This document shows positions 44,691 to 54,460 of a DNA stretch of 64,000 bases, piece after piece. The translations under genes and the position numbers were made by a program. Origin of the DNA: Candidatus Bathyarchaeota archaeon (GTDB lineage Archaea > Thermoproteota > Bathyarchaeia > Bathyarchaeales > Bathycorpusculaceae). Where the stretch lies: NCBI GenBank assembly GCA_963775685.1, contig CAVZJV010000014.1, positions 96,001-160,000 on the forward strand. Reading direction: 5' to 3'. Position 1 is the first letter of the stretch; each line of letters begins with the position of its first letter. The notes below the pieces were generated by a model that saw only the letters and a list, made by a program, of their open reading frames with translations, searched no databases and was not told the DNA's origin.

Positions 44691-45124
44691 TGCAGTTCTT
44701 CAGAAATAAGCGTGGTTTAGGAGCGCCAGTTGGCAACCTTATCATTTTGATGGCAGCTGTCATACTTTCAACTACCGTAGTTCTCTTCGCTATGAACGTT
44801 ACCGCTAACCAAGTTCAAAAGGAAAGCCTCTACATATCACAAGCGAATCTGAACTTAACTTCTGGAGAAATCACAATCGTAAACACGGGCCCAACCTCCA
44901 TAATGATGAGGCAAATAATAATCAAGGGAGAAACCTTCACTAGCTACGTGAGCAACCCTGACATAGGTTTAGAAGGTCTCGCAAGGGGAGGAAACGCGAC
45001 CTTAACCATTACGTTAGCAGGTGTATTAACTAGCAACGACATAGGCAGACCAATCACAATTGTAATCTCCACAACCCAAGCGTCATATTTCATTGAAACA
45101 CTTGTACAAGCCAGTTCTGCATGA
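44687..45124 (+). CDS. Archaeal type IV pilin (paralogue of 33490..34041)
   Basis: FRNKRG|LGAPVGNLIILMAAVILST; NVTANQVQKESL vs NVTSTRIQEESL; NDIGRPI vs NDIGLTV; TTQASYFIET vs TSQAMYYKET. Confidence 0.85.
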   Translation: MMQFFRNKRGLGAPVGNLIILMAAVILSTTVVLFAMNVTANQVQKESLYISQANLNLTSGEITIVNTGPTSIMMRQIIIKGETFTSYVSNPDIGLEGLARGGNATLTITLAGVLTSNDIGRPITIVISTTQASYFIETLVQASSA

Positions 45125-45240
45125 GGAGGCTTTCTGGTTCCTTCTAAAGATGAGTCTTTCAAGCTCCTGTTAAAAGCTAAACGCTTTAGCTCCTTTTTGT
45201 TTTTCTTCAAAAATAGCCTTTTTCTTGAATTAGTTAAAAT

Positions 45241-45394
45241 TGGTCGGGAGAGCAGGATTTGAACCTGCGACGGCTCGGTATCTGTGGCCTAGACAGGCTA
45301 GAATGAAGCCCACCATGGGTAGACCTCTACAGCTTCTCCACCAGCTAAGCGTGTTAGCTAGCTCGAGAGCTCTGCCAGGCTGAGCTACCTCCCG
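45241..45394 (-). tRNA. tRNA-Tyr(GTA) with two introns (30/31 at 45334-45363; 37/38 at 45280-45326) and encoded CCA
   Basis: Spliced sequence CGGGAGG TA GCTC AGCCTGGCA GAGC T CTCGG CT GTA GA CCGAG CCGTC GCAGG TTCAAAT CCTGC TCTCCCG A CCA folds into a cloverleaf with the C1:G72 Tyr identity pair. Confidence 0.9.
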
Positions 45395-45511
45395 ACGTGA
45401 GTCCATAAAGACAAGAGATGGGAATTTATGTGTTTTGGAATTGCACGCAGTGTAACAAACGTACTAAACGTTTTAATCTTTTAGTAAGAGTGAACTACTG
45501 AGGCTTAGAAA

Positions 45512-46477
45512 TTGGCTAAAACCATAGGCATTGTTACTTCAGGCGGCGATGCACCGGGCATGAACGCGGCGATACGTGCGGTGACGCGTGTTGGGCACTC
45601 GATGGGTTTTCAAATAATCGGGTTTGAACGAGGCTGGGACGGGTTATTAACTAATTATTTCAAAAAGTTGACTCCGCGCAGTGTAGGCGGAATAATCCAA
45701 CTTGGTGGCACTATGCTTCATACGCTTCGTTGTCCCGCTTTTGAGGAGCCCGGTGGCGTTGAAACAGGCGCAGAAACCCTGCGGAAAAACAACATTGATG
45801 CTTTGGTGGTTATTGGTGGTGATGGGTCATTTCGTGGAGCTTTAGCGTTGGGCAAGAAGTCGGATGCTTTAATGGTTGGGATTCCAGCAACTATCGACAA
45901 CGACGTATACGGCACGGATGAAACAATCGGCTTTGACACAGCAGTTAATACGGCTGTGGACTCAATTGACAAAATAAGAGATACAGCGATTTCTCATGAG
46001 AGAATTTTTATTGTCGAGGTTATGGGTCGCAAGAGGGGATTCTTGGCGCTTGAGGTGGGAATCTGTATTGGTGCAGAAGTTATTTTGATTCCTGAAAATC
46101 CTATGCAACTTAAAGACATATGTGGTATAATGAATAGTAACGCAAAGAAAGGCAAGAGGGCTGGAATAATGGTTGCCGCCGAAGGATTTGGTAACTCAAG
46201 TGAATTAGCGCAGGAAATACAGCGTCAAACAGAATTTGAGGTGCGGCTTTCAATTCTGGGATATGCTCAACGTGGGGGAAGTCCAACGGCTCGAAGTAGG
46301 TTGCTTGCTAGTTTATTTGCTGAAAGAGCTGTTGAGTTGGTCTGTGAAGGAAAAGGCAACATGGCTGTTGGATTGCAGAAGGGTGAAGTTACCAGTTGTG
46401 CGCTTGAGAAATCCGCTAATGACCGAAAGCATTTGGATATGCGGATGCTAAAAGTGGCAGAAATGCTCTCGATCTAA
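45512..46477 (+). CDS. pfkA: ATP-dependent 6-phosphofructokinase (PfkA family)
   Basis: TSGGDAPGMNAAIR, GGDGSF, PATIDND, EVMGR, LGYAQRGG. Confidence 0.93.
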   Translation: MAKTIGIVTSGGDAPGMNAAIRAVTRVGHSMGFQIIGFERGWDGLLTNYFKKLTPRSVGGIIQLGGTMLHTLRCPAFEEPGGVETGAETLRKNNIDALVVIGGDGSFRGALALGKKSDALMVGIPATIDNDVYGTDETIGFDTAVNTAVDSIDKIRDTAISHERIFIVEVMGRKRGFLALEVGICIGAEVILIPENPMQLKDICGIMNSNAKKGKRAGIMVAAEGFGNSSELAQEIQRQTEFEVRLSILGYAQRGGSPTARSRLLASLFAERAVELVCEGKGNMAVGLQKGEVTSCALEKSANDRKHLDMRMLKVAEMLSI

Positions 46478-46500
46478 ACTTTTCCTTTTTTGTTTTTCAC

Positions 46501-47762
46501 TTATAGCAGTGATTCGTAGATTTTAATTGTTTGTTCATCGACTTTTTGCCAGGTAAAATATTCTAGAACTCTTCGTCTGCCATTTTCGCCCCAGTTCTTG
46601 GCTTTTTCTGGGTTTTTTAGAGTTTCCTTTATGCCCCAAGCTAGATCCTCAGGGTCCTCAGCGTTAATATGCACACCGGTTTGATCGGTTCCGCCGTTAA
46701 CTACTTGTTCCTTAAAGCCAACTGCGCCGTGGGCGCCCACAACTACGGGCTTCTCCATAGCCATTGCTTCTAAACTGACAATTCCAAAAGGCTCATAAAC
46801 TGATGGAAAAATGCATACGTCTGAGGCAGCGTAATGTGATTCTTTCTTTTTCTGAGACAAAGTCGAATCGGTAAACGATGTTGCTTTTTATGTTTAATCT
46901 TTCAGCTGTTTCCACGATGTCGTTTTGTTCGTCGCCTTTGCCTAAAATAACCAGTTTAGTGTTAGGGTACTCTTTTAGAACCATGGGCATTGCTTGCAAC
47001 AGGTTACGTACGCCCTTTACCCAGGTAAGTCTTCCTACGAAAAGCAGCATGTTCCAATCGTTTGGAATGCCATATTTCTTTCTGATTGCAATTACATCTT
47101 GTTTTTGAACATTAACTGGTCATAGCGTTCAGGATCCACGCCGTTCCAGACGACGCTAATTTTGCCTGGTGGCCAGCCGTGTTTTAAGAGGTCTGCTTGC
47201 ATGGCGTAGCTTACAGTTATTATTTTGTCTGAGTTTTGAGCCATGGCGTTTTCAAAATGCGACACAACTTCGGAGCCTTGTCCACCGCTTCTGCCCCACT
47301 CAGTGCTATGCGTATGGAAAACAACTGGGATTTTGATTTCATTCTTGATAACTAAACCTGCGATGCTGCTTAGCCAATCGTGGCAGCAGACTATGTCAAA
47401 ATTGTAGCCTTCTTTTTTTTTATCAAGCCGTTGATGAATTTGGTTGCGCTTAGAATTTTTTAGATGAAGATGTCTTTGAAGAATTTGATGTTGGTGCCCC
47501 ATTTTTTCAAGTCATCCACCACAAAGAACGGCCAGATATTGCTTGCGCCAGCTATTTGGGGTCGGTGAACTTCTACTCCTTTCATTATTTCTCTAGTTTT
47601 TAGGCCGTTGTTGTTTAATGTGAAGACACAAACATCATGTCCGATGTCAACGTATTGTTTAGTGATATATTCGGCATATGTGCCTAAGCCGCCAACGAGT
47701 TGCGGTGGGTATTCATAAACGAAAAAGCCTATCCTCAAAAAAGTCACCTGTAGCTTGGTCAA
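46501..47762 (-). CDS. GT4 glycosyltransferase (glycogen synthase-like); multiple frameshifts
   Basis: EYPPQLVGGLG, CHDWL, HSTEWGR, FVGRL...KG, PSVYEPFGIVSLEAMA across four ORFs. Confidence 0.88.
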
Positions 47763-47810
47763 CAGTATATTTGCTGGATATTTAATAGTTTAAAAAACAC
47801 AAGTACGGAA

Positions 47811-49004
47811 TTAGGGCGTTTGGTTCCAATTGTAAACCTGCGAATAGTTGCCTTTAAGCGGAAACGCTGGGTTACTGTAAATTATGTCTAAGCGCAAACC
47901 ATACTCCGAAAGCAGTTGGCGTGTCGTGTTCCAGATTTGCAGTGAAAGCTCATCTGGACCCCAGTACCATATTTTGTCGTCGATTCTCCTCATTTCCCAC
48001 CCGTAGTTTTCGGGCAATCCGCGGGTGATTTTTTGGGTTTGGATGTCACTCCAAAAGTTTTGCAGCGCTTGGAAATGCTCGTCGGTCATTACACCGTAGG
48101 GATTGTCAACGGGGTTTTGGGGGTAGTCAAAGAGTACAATATAGTTTGCTCCGGCTGTATAGGACAGCTGCATTTGCTTGTAGATTTCTGGTCCTGTATC
48201 GAGGTAGGGTGGGTCATCGTATTTCCAAGTTATCACTGTGCCCCACTCTTTACCTTGCAGTTTTGCTGCGCCCCTAACTAGGGCTATGTCTTGAGTGAAT
48301 GAATCGTTCCAGCCGATTTGTGTAAAGACAACATCCCAGCCGCTTAGGTAAGTGTACCAGTGAAGTGCATATTCTGAGGTAAAGGTCGTAATTGAACGGT
48401 TTTGCAGGGCGCGAAGTCCGCTGTCTCGTTTAAGCGTGTCTACGTACACTTCTGCCGCTGACTGGTAGTCGCGGGTAAGATTGCCATTAAGAAAATCCTG
48501 AATAGCCGGAGCGTGAGTTTTATAGATAGAAGAATTCTGGAGTCGCGAATTATAGACCGAAAAGTAATGGGTCCAGTTGGAGTAGGGAATGTCCAGTTGA
48601 ATTCCGCCTGGTTCATCGTAATAGTAGATTCCTAGAAGATGCGTACCGTATTTTTGGACAGTAGAGCCAATCCAGGGTAGCTGCCAGGGCTGGTCGGGGT
48701 CAAAGATGCCGAAAAATGGAATTATATCAAGTCCTTGGTGTGTTGCGTAATCTGCTATCTCGGTTAGGCTGGTTTCGTTCTTGCTAACAGGTCCCGACTG
48801 GATAACCAAGAGGTTAGTGTAGTTTTTGACTCGGTCTATTAGGAGTCTTGCTTCTGCTGTGGTGTTTCCGCAGAATGAAACGCCAACATGAAAGGATTCT
48901 TGTTTGTTTTCGCTCTTGCTTACAATGTTATAGTTAATCAAAGCAGCAGCTATAACTGACAGTATCAAAAGTGTTGTAGCCGCTAAAATTGTCGCTTGTT
49001 TCAT
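47811..49004 (-). CDS. Exported hypothetical protein, possibly glycoside-hydrolase-like TIM barrel
   Basis: Signal/anchor helix; [10 protein letters not shown] and [11 protein letters not shown] motifs. Confidence 0.65.
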   Translation of the reverse strand: MKQATILAATTLLILSVIAAALINYNIVSKSENKQESFHVGVSFCGNTTAEARLLIDRVKNYTNLLVIQSGPVSKNETSLTEIADYATHQGLDIIPFFGIFDPDQPWQLPWIGSTVQKYGTHLLGIYYYDEPGGIQLDIPYSNWTHYFSVYNSRLQNSSIYKTHAPAIQDFLNGNLTRDYQSAAEVYVDTLKRDSGLRALQNRSITTFTSEYALHWYTYLSGWDVVFTQIGWNDSFTQDIALVRGAAKLQGKEWGTVITWKYDDPPYLDTGPEIYKQMQLSYTAGANYIVLFDYPQNPVDNPYGVMTDEHFQALQNFWSDIQTQKITRGLPENYGWEMRRIDDKIWYWGPDELSLQIWNTTRQLLSEYGLRLDIIYSNPAFPLKGNYSQVYNWNQTP

Positions 49005-49115
49005 TAAGCCAAGTTCTCACATTCGTTCTTAGTTTTCTATTGGAGACTTTGTTTATTTAATTTTCTTGTATGTGAGGGTATATGCTTTTATTTCGTGAAT
49101 GGTAAGTTTGGTTAG

Positions 49116-49661
49116 GTGCAAAATTTGAAGTCCGCGTTAGTGATTTATTTTTCAAGCACAGGAAACACAAAGAAAGCCGCATACGCCATCAAAGAAGGAC
49201 TTGAATCTGGCGGAATGCAGGTTGATTTAAAGAAGCCCCAAGAGGCGTCGGAAACCGATTTTTTCGATTATAACTTGGTTTGTGTGGGTTCGCCCTCGAT
49301 TGAGTGGCAACCGGCTAAACCCATCTCTGAGCTTTTGAAGGTTAAACTGAACCTCTACCGCAGTCAGGGAAAAATTAAGCCCTCCGCTCCAAAGGTTACG
49401 GGAAATAACGCACTTATCTTCTGCACTTATTCAGGTCCACACACAGGAATGGATGAGGCAACACCCGCAGGAAAAACCATGAGGCAATACTTTGAGCATT
49501 TCGGCTTTAACATCGTTGGCGAATGGTATGTTGTGGGCGAATTTCATGGGCGAGAAGATATGAGCACTTTGGGCAGACTCGGCGACATCAGAGGCAAGCC
49601 CACCGCGGAAGATTTGATGAAACTTAAAAAAGATGCAGAGCAAATCGCCAAGAGCCTCTAA
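49116..49661 (+). CDS. Flavodoxin-like protein
   Basis: YFSSTGNT FMN-binding loop, VGSP, FCTYSG. Confidence 0.88.
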   Translation: MQNLKSALVIYFSSTGNTKKAAYAIKEGLESGGMQVDLKKPQEASETDFFDYNLVCVGSPSIEWQPAKPISELLKVKLNLYRSQGKIKPSAPKVTGNNALIFCTYSGPHTGMDEATPAGKTMRQYFEHFGFNIVGEWYVVGEFHGREDMSTLGRLGDIRGKPTAEDLMKLKKDAEQIAKSL

Positions 49662-49666
49662 ACACG

Positions 49667-49954
49667 GTGATAGTTGTGGTTAAGTCTGTTGAGTTGCCTT
49701 TGAGGGTTTTTGAAGATTTACTTAAAGTCTCTGAGGAATTGTCAATGATGGCAAAAAAGCCCATTTCAACCTCCATGGCTATAGATTTGCTGATGGAAAT
49801 TTACCGTGCCCACCTCAACAACCCCTGCGCCTTGGATGCTTTTAGTCTGCAACTCAAAAGCCTAAACATCATGTCTCCAGAGGAATTCGACAAATATTGG
49901 GATGAACCTACAAAAACGGTAACAGCAAAGACCAAAGTAAAAACCAAAAAATGA
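49667..49954 (+). CDS. Hypothetical protein (RHH-like N-terminus)
   Basis: 95-aa ORF directly downstream of the flavodoxin. Confidence 0.6.
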   Translation: MIVVVKSVELPLRVFEDLLKVSEELSMMAKKPISTSMAIDLLMEIYRAHLNNPCALDAFSLQLKSLNIMSPEEFDKYWDEPTKTVTAKTKVKTKK

Positions 49955-50302
49955 TAGTTGCGTTAGATTTAGTGGGTTAAGCTGTTTTGTTTTGTGTGGT
50001 CTGCTTATTTGTTTTTGTTTGATTGTTGCAACTGGTGTGCATTTTTTAGTTGCAACAACAACTTCTCCCAGGGGCTCTTCTGACCAATGTTTTAGAAAAA
50101 CCAAATCTTGTTTAGCTTTCAGGCCTGCCCTCAAAATCTTTCATTTTTGATTTAACATGTTTAGCGGCTTCGAAAACAACTGTACTACATACCATTAATT
50201 GTTCCAGCAAAACCACCACCAGGATTCAAAACACCAAAACAAATTTACAGCCAAAGCCACCGAAAGCTCTAAATGCCCTTATCACCGTGTTTTTCCAGAA
50301 TT

Positions 50303-50377
50303 GGGCCGGTAGATCAGCCTGGTATGATCGCCGCGTTCGCAACGCGGAAGCCGCGGGTTCAAATCCCGCCCGGTCCA
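50303..50377 (+). tRNA. tRNA-Ala(CGC)
   Basis: GGGCCGG...CCGCG TT CGC AA CGCGG...GCGGG TTCAAAT CCCGC CCGGTCC A; G3:U70 pair; CCA not encoded. Confidence 0.96.
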
Positions 50378-50690
50378 CTTTTACGTCCGCTCGCCCCCTT
50401 TTTGAGTCGCCTCTAACGTTGGAGGTAATTTTAGACCTTAAAAAGCAAGGAAAAGCGGAAGAAACCATAATCGGCTACAGCAGAAGGTTAAGGCACCTTG
50501 CAAAAAACACCGACATCAACAACCCAGAAACCGTAAAAGAATACATCACTAATAAAGAATCAAGCAATGCAAACAAAGAAGCATACGCAAACGCCTACTA
50601 CCATTTCGTCAAATTCTACTCCTTAAAATAGCAAAAACCGTTTTTTAGCAGAGAGAAAAGAATGCCCACTGTTCCTACAACCTCACGTTC
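50378..50690 (+). pseudogene. Truncated tyrosine integrase (core-binding domain remnant) abutting tRNA-Ala
   Basis: LKKQGKAEETIIGYSRRLRHL...PETVKEYI...YANAYYHFVKF, in-frame TAG, then QKPFFSREKRMPTVPT; no catalytic domain follows. Confidence 0.75.
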
Positions 50691-51108
50691 ATGAAGGTTC
50701 AATAATTCTTTAATCTGGTTAAGTTTTGACAGTTACTCAAAGTTGGATTCATATTAGAAATTTCTTTATCCATATGAATTGTTTCTTCTTTGATAGATTT
50801 CTCCTAATTGAGATCCAAATTCAGTTAGGGAACCATAAAACGGAGGTTTCCCTTATGCTTTTAGGTTAGCCGATTTTGAAATTTTCCTTTCTGTGATAAA
50901 ATTCTAAGTGATTTTGAATCGCGCGCAAGTTAATGAAAAAATTTGAAGGATGGAAAAGATAAGATATATGTTATCTTACGGATTGTCCTGTAACTCCAAG
51001 TTAGTCTCTGGAAACATGAGATTGGAAATAAGTAAGTAGGCACAACAAAGCCTTTCCAGCTCAAATGTTAAGCCGCATTTTTTTGAATTTTTGGGAAGTG
51101 AAAAAGAA

Positions 51109-51150
51109 GTATGCGTGAATTTATGAGACGTATGCGTGAATTTATGAGAC
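51109..51150. repeat. Perfect 21-bp tandem duplication GTATGCGTGAATTTATGAGAC x2
   Basis: Read directly; overlaps the stop codon of the B12-binding gene. Confidence 0.9.
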
Positions 51151-51591
51151 TTTAGATTTTGTTTGTTTTTGTTCTATTACTTTCTTTGCTAAAGTAACTG
51201 CATCTTCTCTTGTCTTTCCATATAATACACCGATTTTGTCTGCATCTTCTTTGGTTATAGCAGCACCACCTATCATGACTGCAACTTTGTCCTTTAATCC
51301 TTCAACTTCTAAAGCTGAAATCAGTTTTAGAAGATTCTCTTTAGCAGCAGAAATACTAACAGTGACTACAATGATGTCAGCGTTTGCCTCTTTAGCTTTT
51401 GAAACAAAAGCTGCAACAGAAGCTCCTTTCCCAACATCAACAGTTTTAAACTGTGCAGTTTTAAGAGATTTTCTAACCATCTCTTTAGCAGTATCTATCA
51501 TGTCCGGATGAAGAGTGCCTATAACAATTGTTCCAATGGGATTAGCTGGTTCAGATGGCTCTTTTTCCCTCATAGCTTTTAACCAAGACAT
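51142..51591 (-). CDS. Stand-alone cobalamin-binding (Rossmann) domain protein lacking the DxHxxG His
   Basis: GTIVIGT...AKEMV...VDVG...FVSKAKEANADII...GLKDKVAVMIGGA. Confidence 0.8.
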   Translation of the reverse strand: MSWLKAMREKEPSEPANPIGTIVIGTLHPDMIDTAKEMVRKSLKTAQFKTVDVGKGASVAAFVSKAKEANADIIVVTVSISAAKENLLKLISALEVEGLKDKVAVMIGGAAITKEDADKIGVLYGKTREDAVTLAKKVIEQKQTKSKVS

Positions 51592-51739
51592 ACAAAAATC
51601 AAATCCTCTATTCTTCTAAATCCGTTCTTATCTTGCTAAAATAATGGACTCAAAACTAGTATAATTAAGAATTGCCCATTGATGAAAAAGACAAAGTTTT
51701 TGATTTACTGATTACGAGAACTAACTATTTTGCCTGTTT

Positions 51740-51967
51740 CTAAGTATCCACGCAATTTCGTAGGTGTGTTATTCTAGAATGGACAAATTCTTGTTCTGCA
51801 AGGGCTTTTTGTATTAGGTCTTGGATGGCTGAGTTCATGTTGCCTTTAAAGTATGGTTTTACTATCTTTTCGGTAAACTCTGTGAATAAAGAGGCTGGAA
51901 CGTTGTGAAATGTTAAGTCTATGAGGAACCCATTTTCCATTATTGCGTTCGGTGTTCTTTTTTTCAT
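51740..51967 (-). CDS. Small hypothetical protein (RHH-like)
   Basis: IDLTFHNVPASL...YFKGNMNSAIQDLIQKAL. Confidence 0.6.
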   Translation of the reverse strand: MKKRTPNAIMENGFLIDLTFHNVPASLFTEFTEKIVKPYFKGNMNSAIQDLIQKALAEQEFVHSRITHLRNCVDT

Positions 51968-52107
51968 GTTTACCGGTTATTTCTAAGACAGTGTGGCCTT
52001 AAATAGTTTATGAAGTATTACGATTTATTGGCAGTGTTGAGGGGGAACGAACTCTGGAACTTGATAGTTGTATAAATTGTAAAAGAACCTGTCAGTGCTA
52101 TTTCTTC

Positions 52108-52485
52108 TTAGAAGAACTTTCGTCCAAATTCGATTTTTGAGGTTTTATTTAATTGATACTTTTGTGGTGGAGCGCTTACTTTTTCTTCAATTTCAGGTTG
52201 ACAATCCCTGCAAAGCGGCATATCGAAGTTCTCAATTGAAAATTTGAATTCACCATTAGTTATGGTCTGCTTGCACTCGTTACAATAATATTGATTTTGA
52301 GATGGGGCTGTTTTTTGGTGTTCCATGCATAAAGCTTTACCAAAACGTTCCATCGAGAACTGAAGAACGCCTTCGGTTATTGCTTGTTTGCATTTGCTGC
52401 AATAGTAGCCCATATCTGTCAAACATACTTGTAAGTATTTTAGCTTTAGGAAGTCAGGCATACCATATGCGAATGCAGATACCAT
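52108..52485 (-). CDS. Protein with two tandem Zn-finger repeats; start probably at MGYYC
   Basis: YYCSKCKQAIT..FS...FGKALCMEHQ and YYCNECKQTIT..FS...FDMPLCRDCQ. Confidence 0.75.
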   Translation of the reverse strand: MVSAFAYGMPDFLKLKYLQVCLTDMGYYCSKCKQAITEGVLQFSMERFGKALCMEHQKTAPSQNQYYCNECKQTITNGEFKFSIENFDMPLCRDCQPEIEEKVSAPPQKYQLNKTSKIEFGRKFF

Positions 52486-52833
52486 CTCTTATCAGAGTGA
52501 CCCATTCCTGACACTGTTTGATCTCGGTTTGTTCCGTTTATGTGTTCGCCATTGTTTTCAGAATTTAACCCTTGTAATTTGGATATTGCAGATTTCAATT
52601 TGTTAGATCCTTTTTTAGCGTTCTATCGGCATAGACGAAGAAGCATCGAAAAAGAATAACGCGTAAAAGAGCTACTGTTTAGGAATTGTGTCAGGGTTTT
52701 ATACTCACAAGAACGTCTGCTTTGAAGGTATGATACCGATTAATCAGATAGTCGAGCTATCACTTTGGAAAAAACGTTATACCACAAAGAAATTGAGTGC
52801 GTGCTACTTTATTGGTTTGTCAAAACTCGGTTT

Positions 52834-53652
52834 TCACGGTTCGACCCCGACTTTGCCGCCGTTCAATTCGATTAGGTTGGCGATTTCTTTTGAGGCTTTC
52901 TGCAGTTTCTCTTCTGGGTTCGGGTCGTTGGTTCGTATGGTCATATGGAGCTCGGTGTAGGGTTTGCTTTCCGTCCCCATCGCTGGATGCGACTTAATGT
53001 AGACGCCTTTGTTGTCAGCCATAATCAGGTCGATCAGTGGCGCCAAAGATGATTCTATTATGCCTTGCACAAGAAGGCTTCTTTGGCAAAACACACATTC
53101 GCCCACTGCCTGCTTAATCGGGGGTGCAATTGATTCTGTGAAAATTGCCTCCATCTCAGCAGGGACACCCGGCAGAACAAGCAACAATGCGTTATCCATT
53201 TGCGTTTTCAGGCCAGGTGCTGTTCCGAGGGGGTTGGTTAGAGGCTGTGTTTCTTCTGGGAAGGTGGCCATTTTCATTCTGGGAGGTGAAAGCTCGATAT
53301 CTATTGGCCACTCACGTTTTTTGGCGTATTCGATGCAGCGCTGCTTAACCATTTCCATCGCAGAGGGGTTCACTTTCAGTTTGCGTCCAAGCGCAACTGC
53401 AACGCCTTGCAGGGTCATATCGTCAAAGGTTGGTCCAAGTCCACCTGTGGTGATTATAAAGTTGGGTTTGCGTGCTTTGGCTTCGTTTAAGGCGGCTGCG
53501 ATTTCCCCTATGTTGTCTTGGATTACGGTTATGCGTCGAACATTTGCGCCTAAGTTGGTGGCTTGTGTAGCGAGCCAATGTGCGTTTGTATTCATTATTT
53601 TGCCTATCAAAAGCTCGTTGCCTATGCATATGATTTCAACGTTAACCGTCAT
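52834..53652 (-). CDS. CinA N-terminal / molybdopterin-binding domain protein (no PncC domain)
   Basis: IGNELLIGKIMNTNAHWL, TTGGLGPTFDDMT, NPLGTAPG, LPGVPAEM, ESSLAP. Confidence 0.9.
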   Translation of the reverse strand: MTVNVEIICIGNELLIGKIMNTNAHWLATQATNLGANVRRITVIQDNIGEIAAALNEAKARKPNFIITTGGLGPTFDDMTLQGVAVALGRKLKVNPSAMEMVKQRCIEYAKKREWPIDIELSPPRMKMATFPEETQPLTNPLGTAPGLKTQMDNALLLVLPGVPAEMEAIFTESIAPPIKQAVGECVFCQRSLLVQGIIESSLAPLIDLIMADNKGVYIKSHPAMGTESKPYTELHMTIRTNDPNPEEKLQKASKEIANLIELNGGKVGVEP

Positions 53653-53997
53653 GCCAGCTGCCTCTTGTTATATGATAGGGATGAGGGTTTCTTTTAAGCC
53701 GTTTGCGCCCACCAAGATTATCCTTGCTTGATAGTCATTTCTATTACAATAGAAGATGGTTGGCAGGTAGCGTCAAGGGGAGAAACTCCAAGTAATAAAA
53801 TTAAGTTCTAGAGCGGAAAAAATGGTGTAGCAAACGCTCGAATGCAGAACGAAGAGCCTAAAATCGGCGAATTTAGACTATTGATTTTGTCTTCATTAGC
53901 ACAGGTGTACTGTTAGGTTTTGCCAAAACTGGTTTTTTAATACTGATACTCAAACTTTTTTAATATCAGAATAGCTTACCCCTATAGGCGAGTACTT

Positions 53998-54339
53998 TTG
54001 CTTTTTGGACACAAAAATAAACCCCAAATGAAACTCCAAGTAGACTTAGGCGATTTGCAAAACGAAAAAGAAAACCTATCAAGCTTTCTGCAACTACATC
54101 TCAAAGTTTCAGTTTCCCAAGTTGAGGACAAGTTAAGTATAAATTCAGAAAAGGTATCGGTGCAAGAACTGCAACATGTAGTGAACAAGTTTGTTTACCA
54201 CCGAGACCTAAACAACACTCACTGGGTCTCCGTTGAAGGTGCAACCGTAAAAATAAACAGATTTAAAGTCATCGAGAAAAAAGAGAAACACGATAAAGAG
54301 CCACCTCACCAAACTGCTGCACAAAGCTGGGGCCTATAA
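53998..54339 (+). CDS. Probable ribosomal protein eL22 (L22e) homologue
   Basis: FLQLHLKV...KLSINSEKVSVQELQHVVNKFVYHRDLNNTHWV...INRF aligns by eye with eukaryotic eL22 as recalled (FLQERIKV...[32 protein letters not shown]...LRYF). Confidence 0.65.
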   Translation: MLFGHKNKPQMKLQVDLGDLQNEKENLSSFLQLHLKVSVSQVEDKLSINSEKVSVQELQHVVNKFVYHRDLNNTHWVSVEGATVKINRFKVIEKKEKHDKEPPHQTAAQSWGL

Positions 54340-54460
54340 AAAAGCAGCGTTAAATCACCATTTCTTTTACAGGTTTCCAGCAGCAAAACTGTGCTTTTCG
54401 CAGGGGATCCGCAAGAATATGCGCTATCGAAAAAGAAGGTAGGATTGAACTATTGAGTTT

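Noticed and set aside
53009-53731. 240-aa + strand ORF (and similar ORFs at 14592..15260 and 58556..59053)
   Set aside because: Antisense shadows of well-supported genes, with no motifs of their own.
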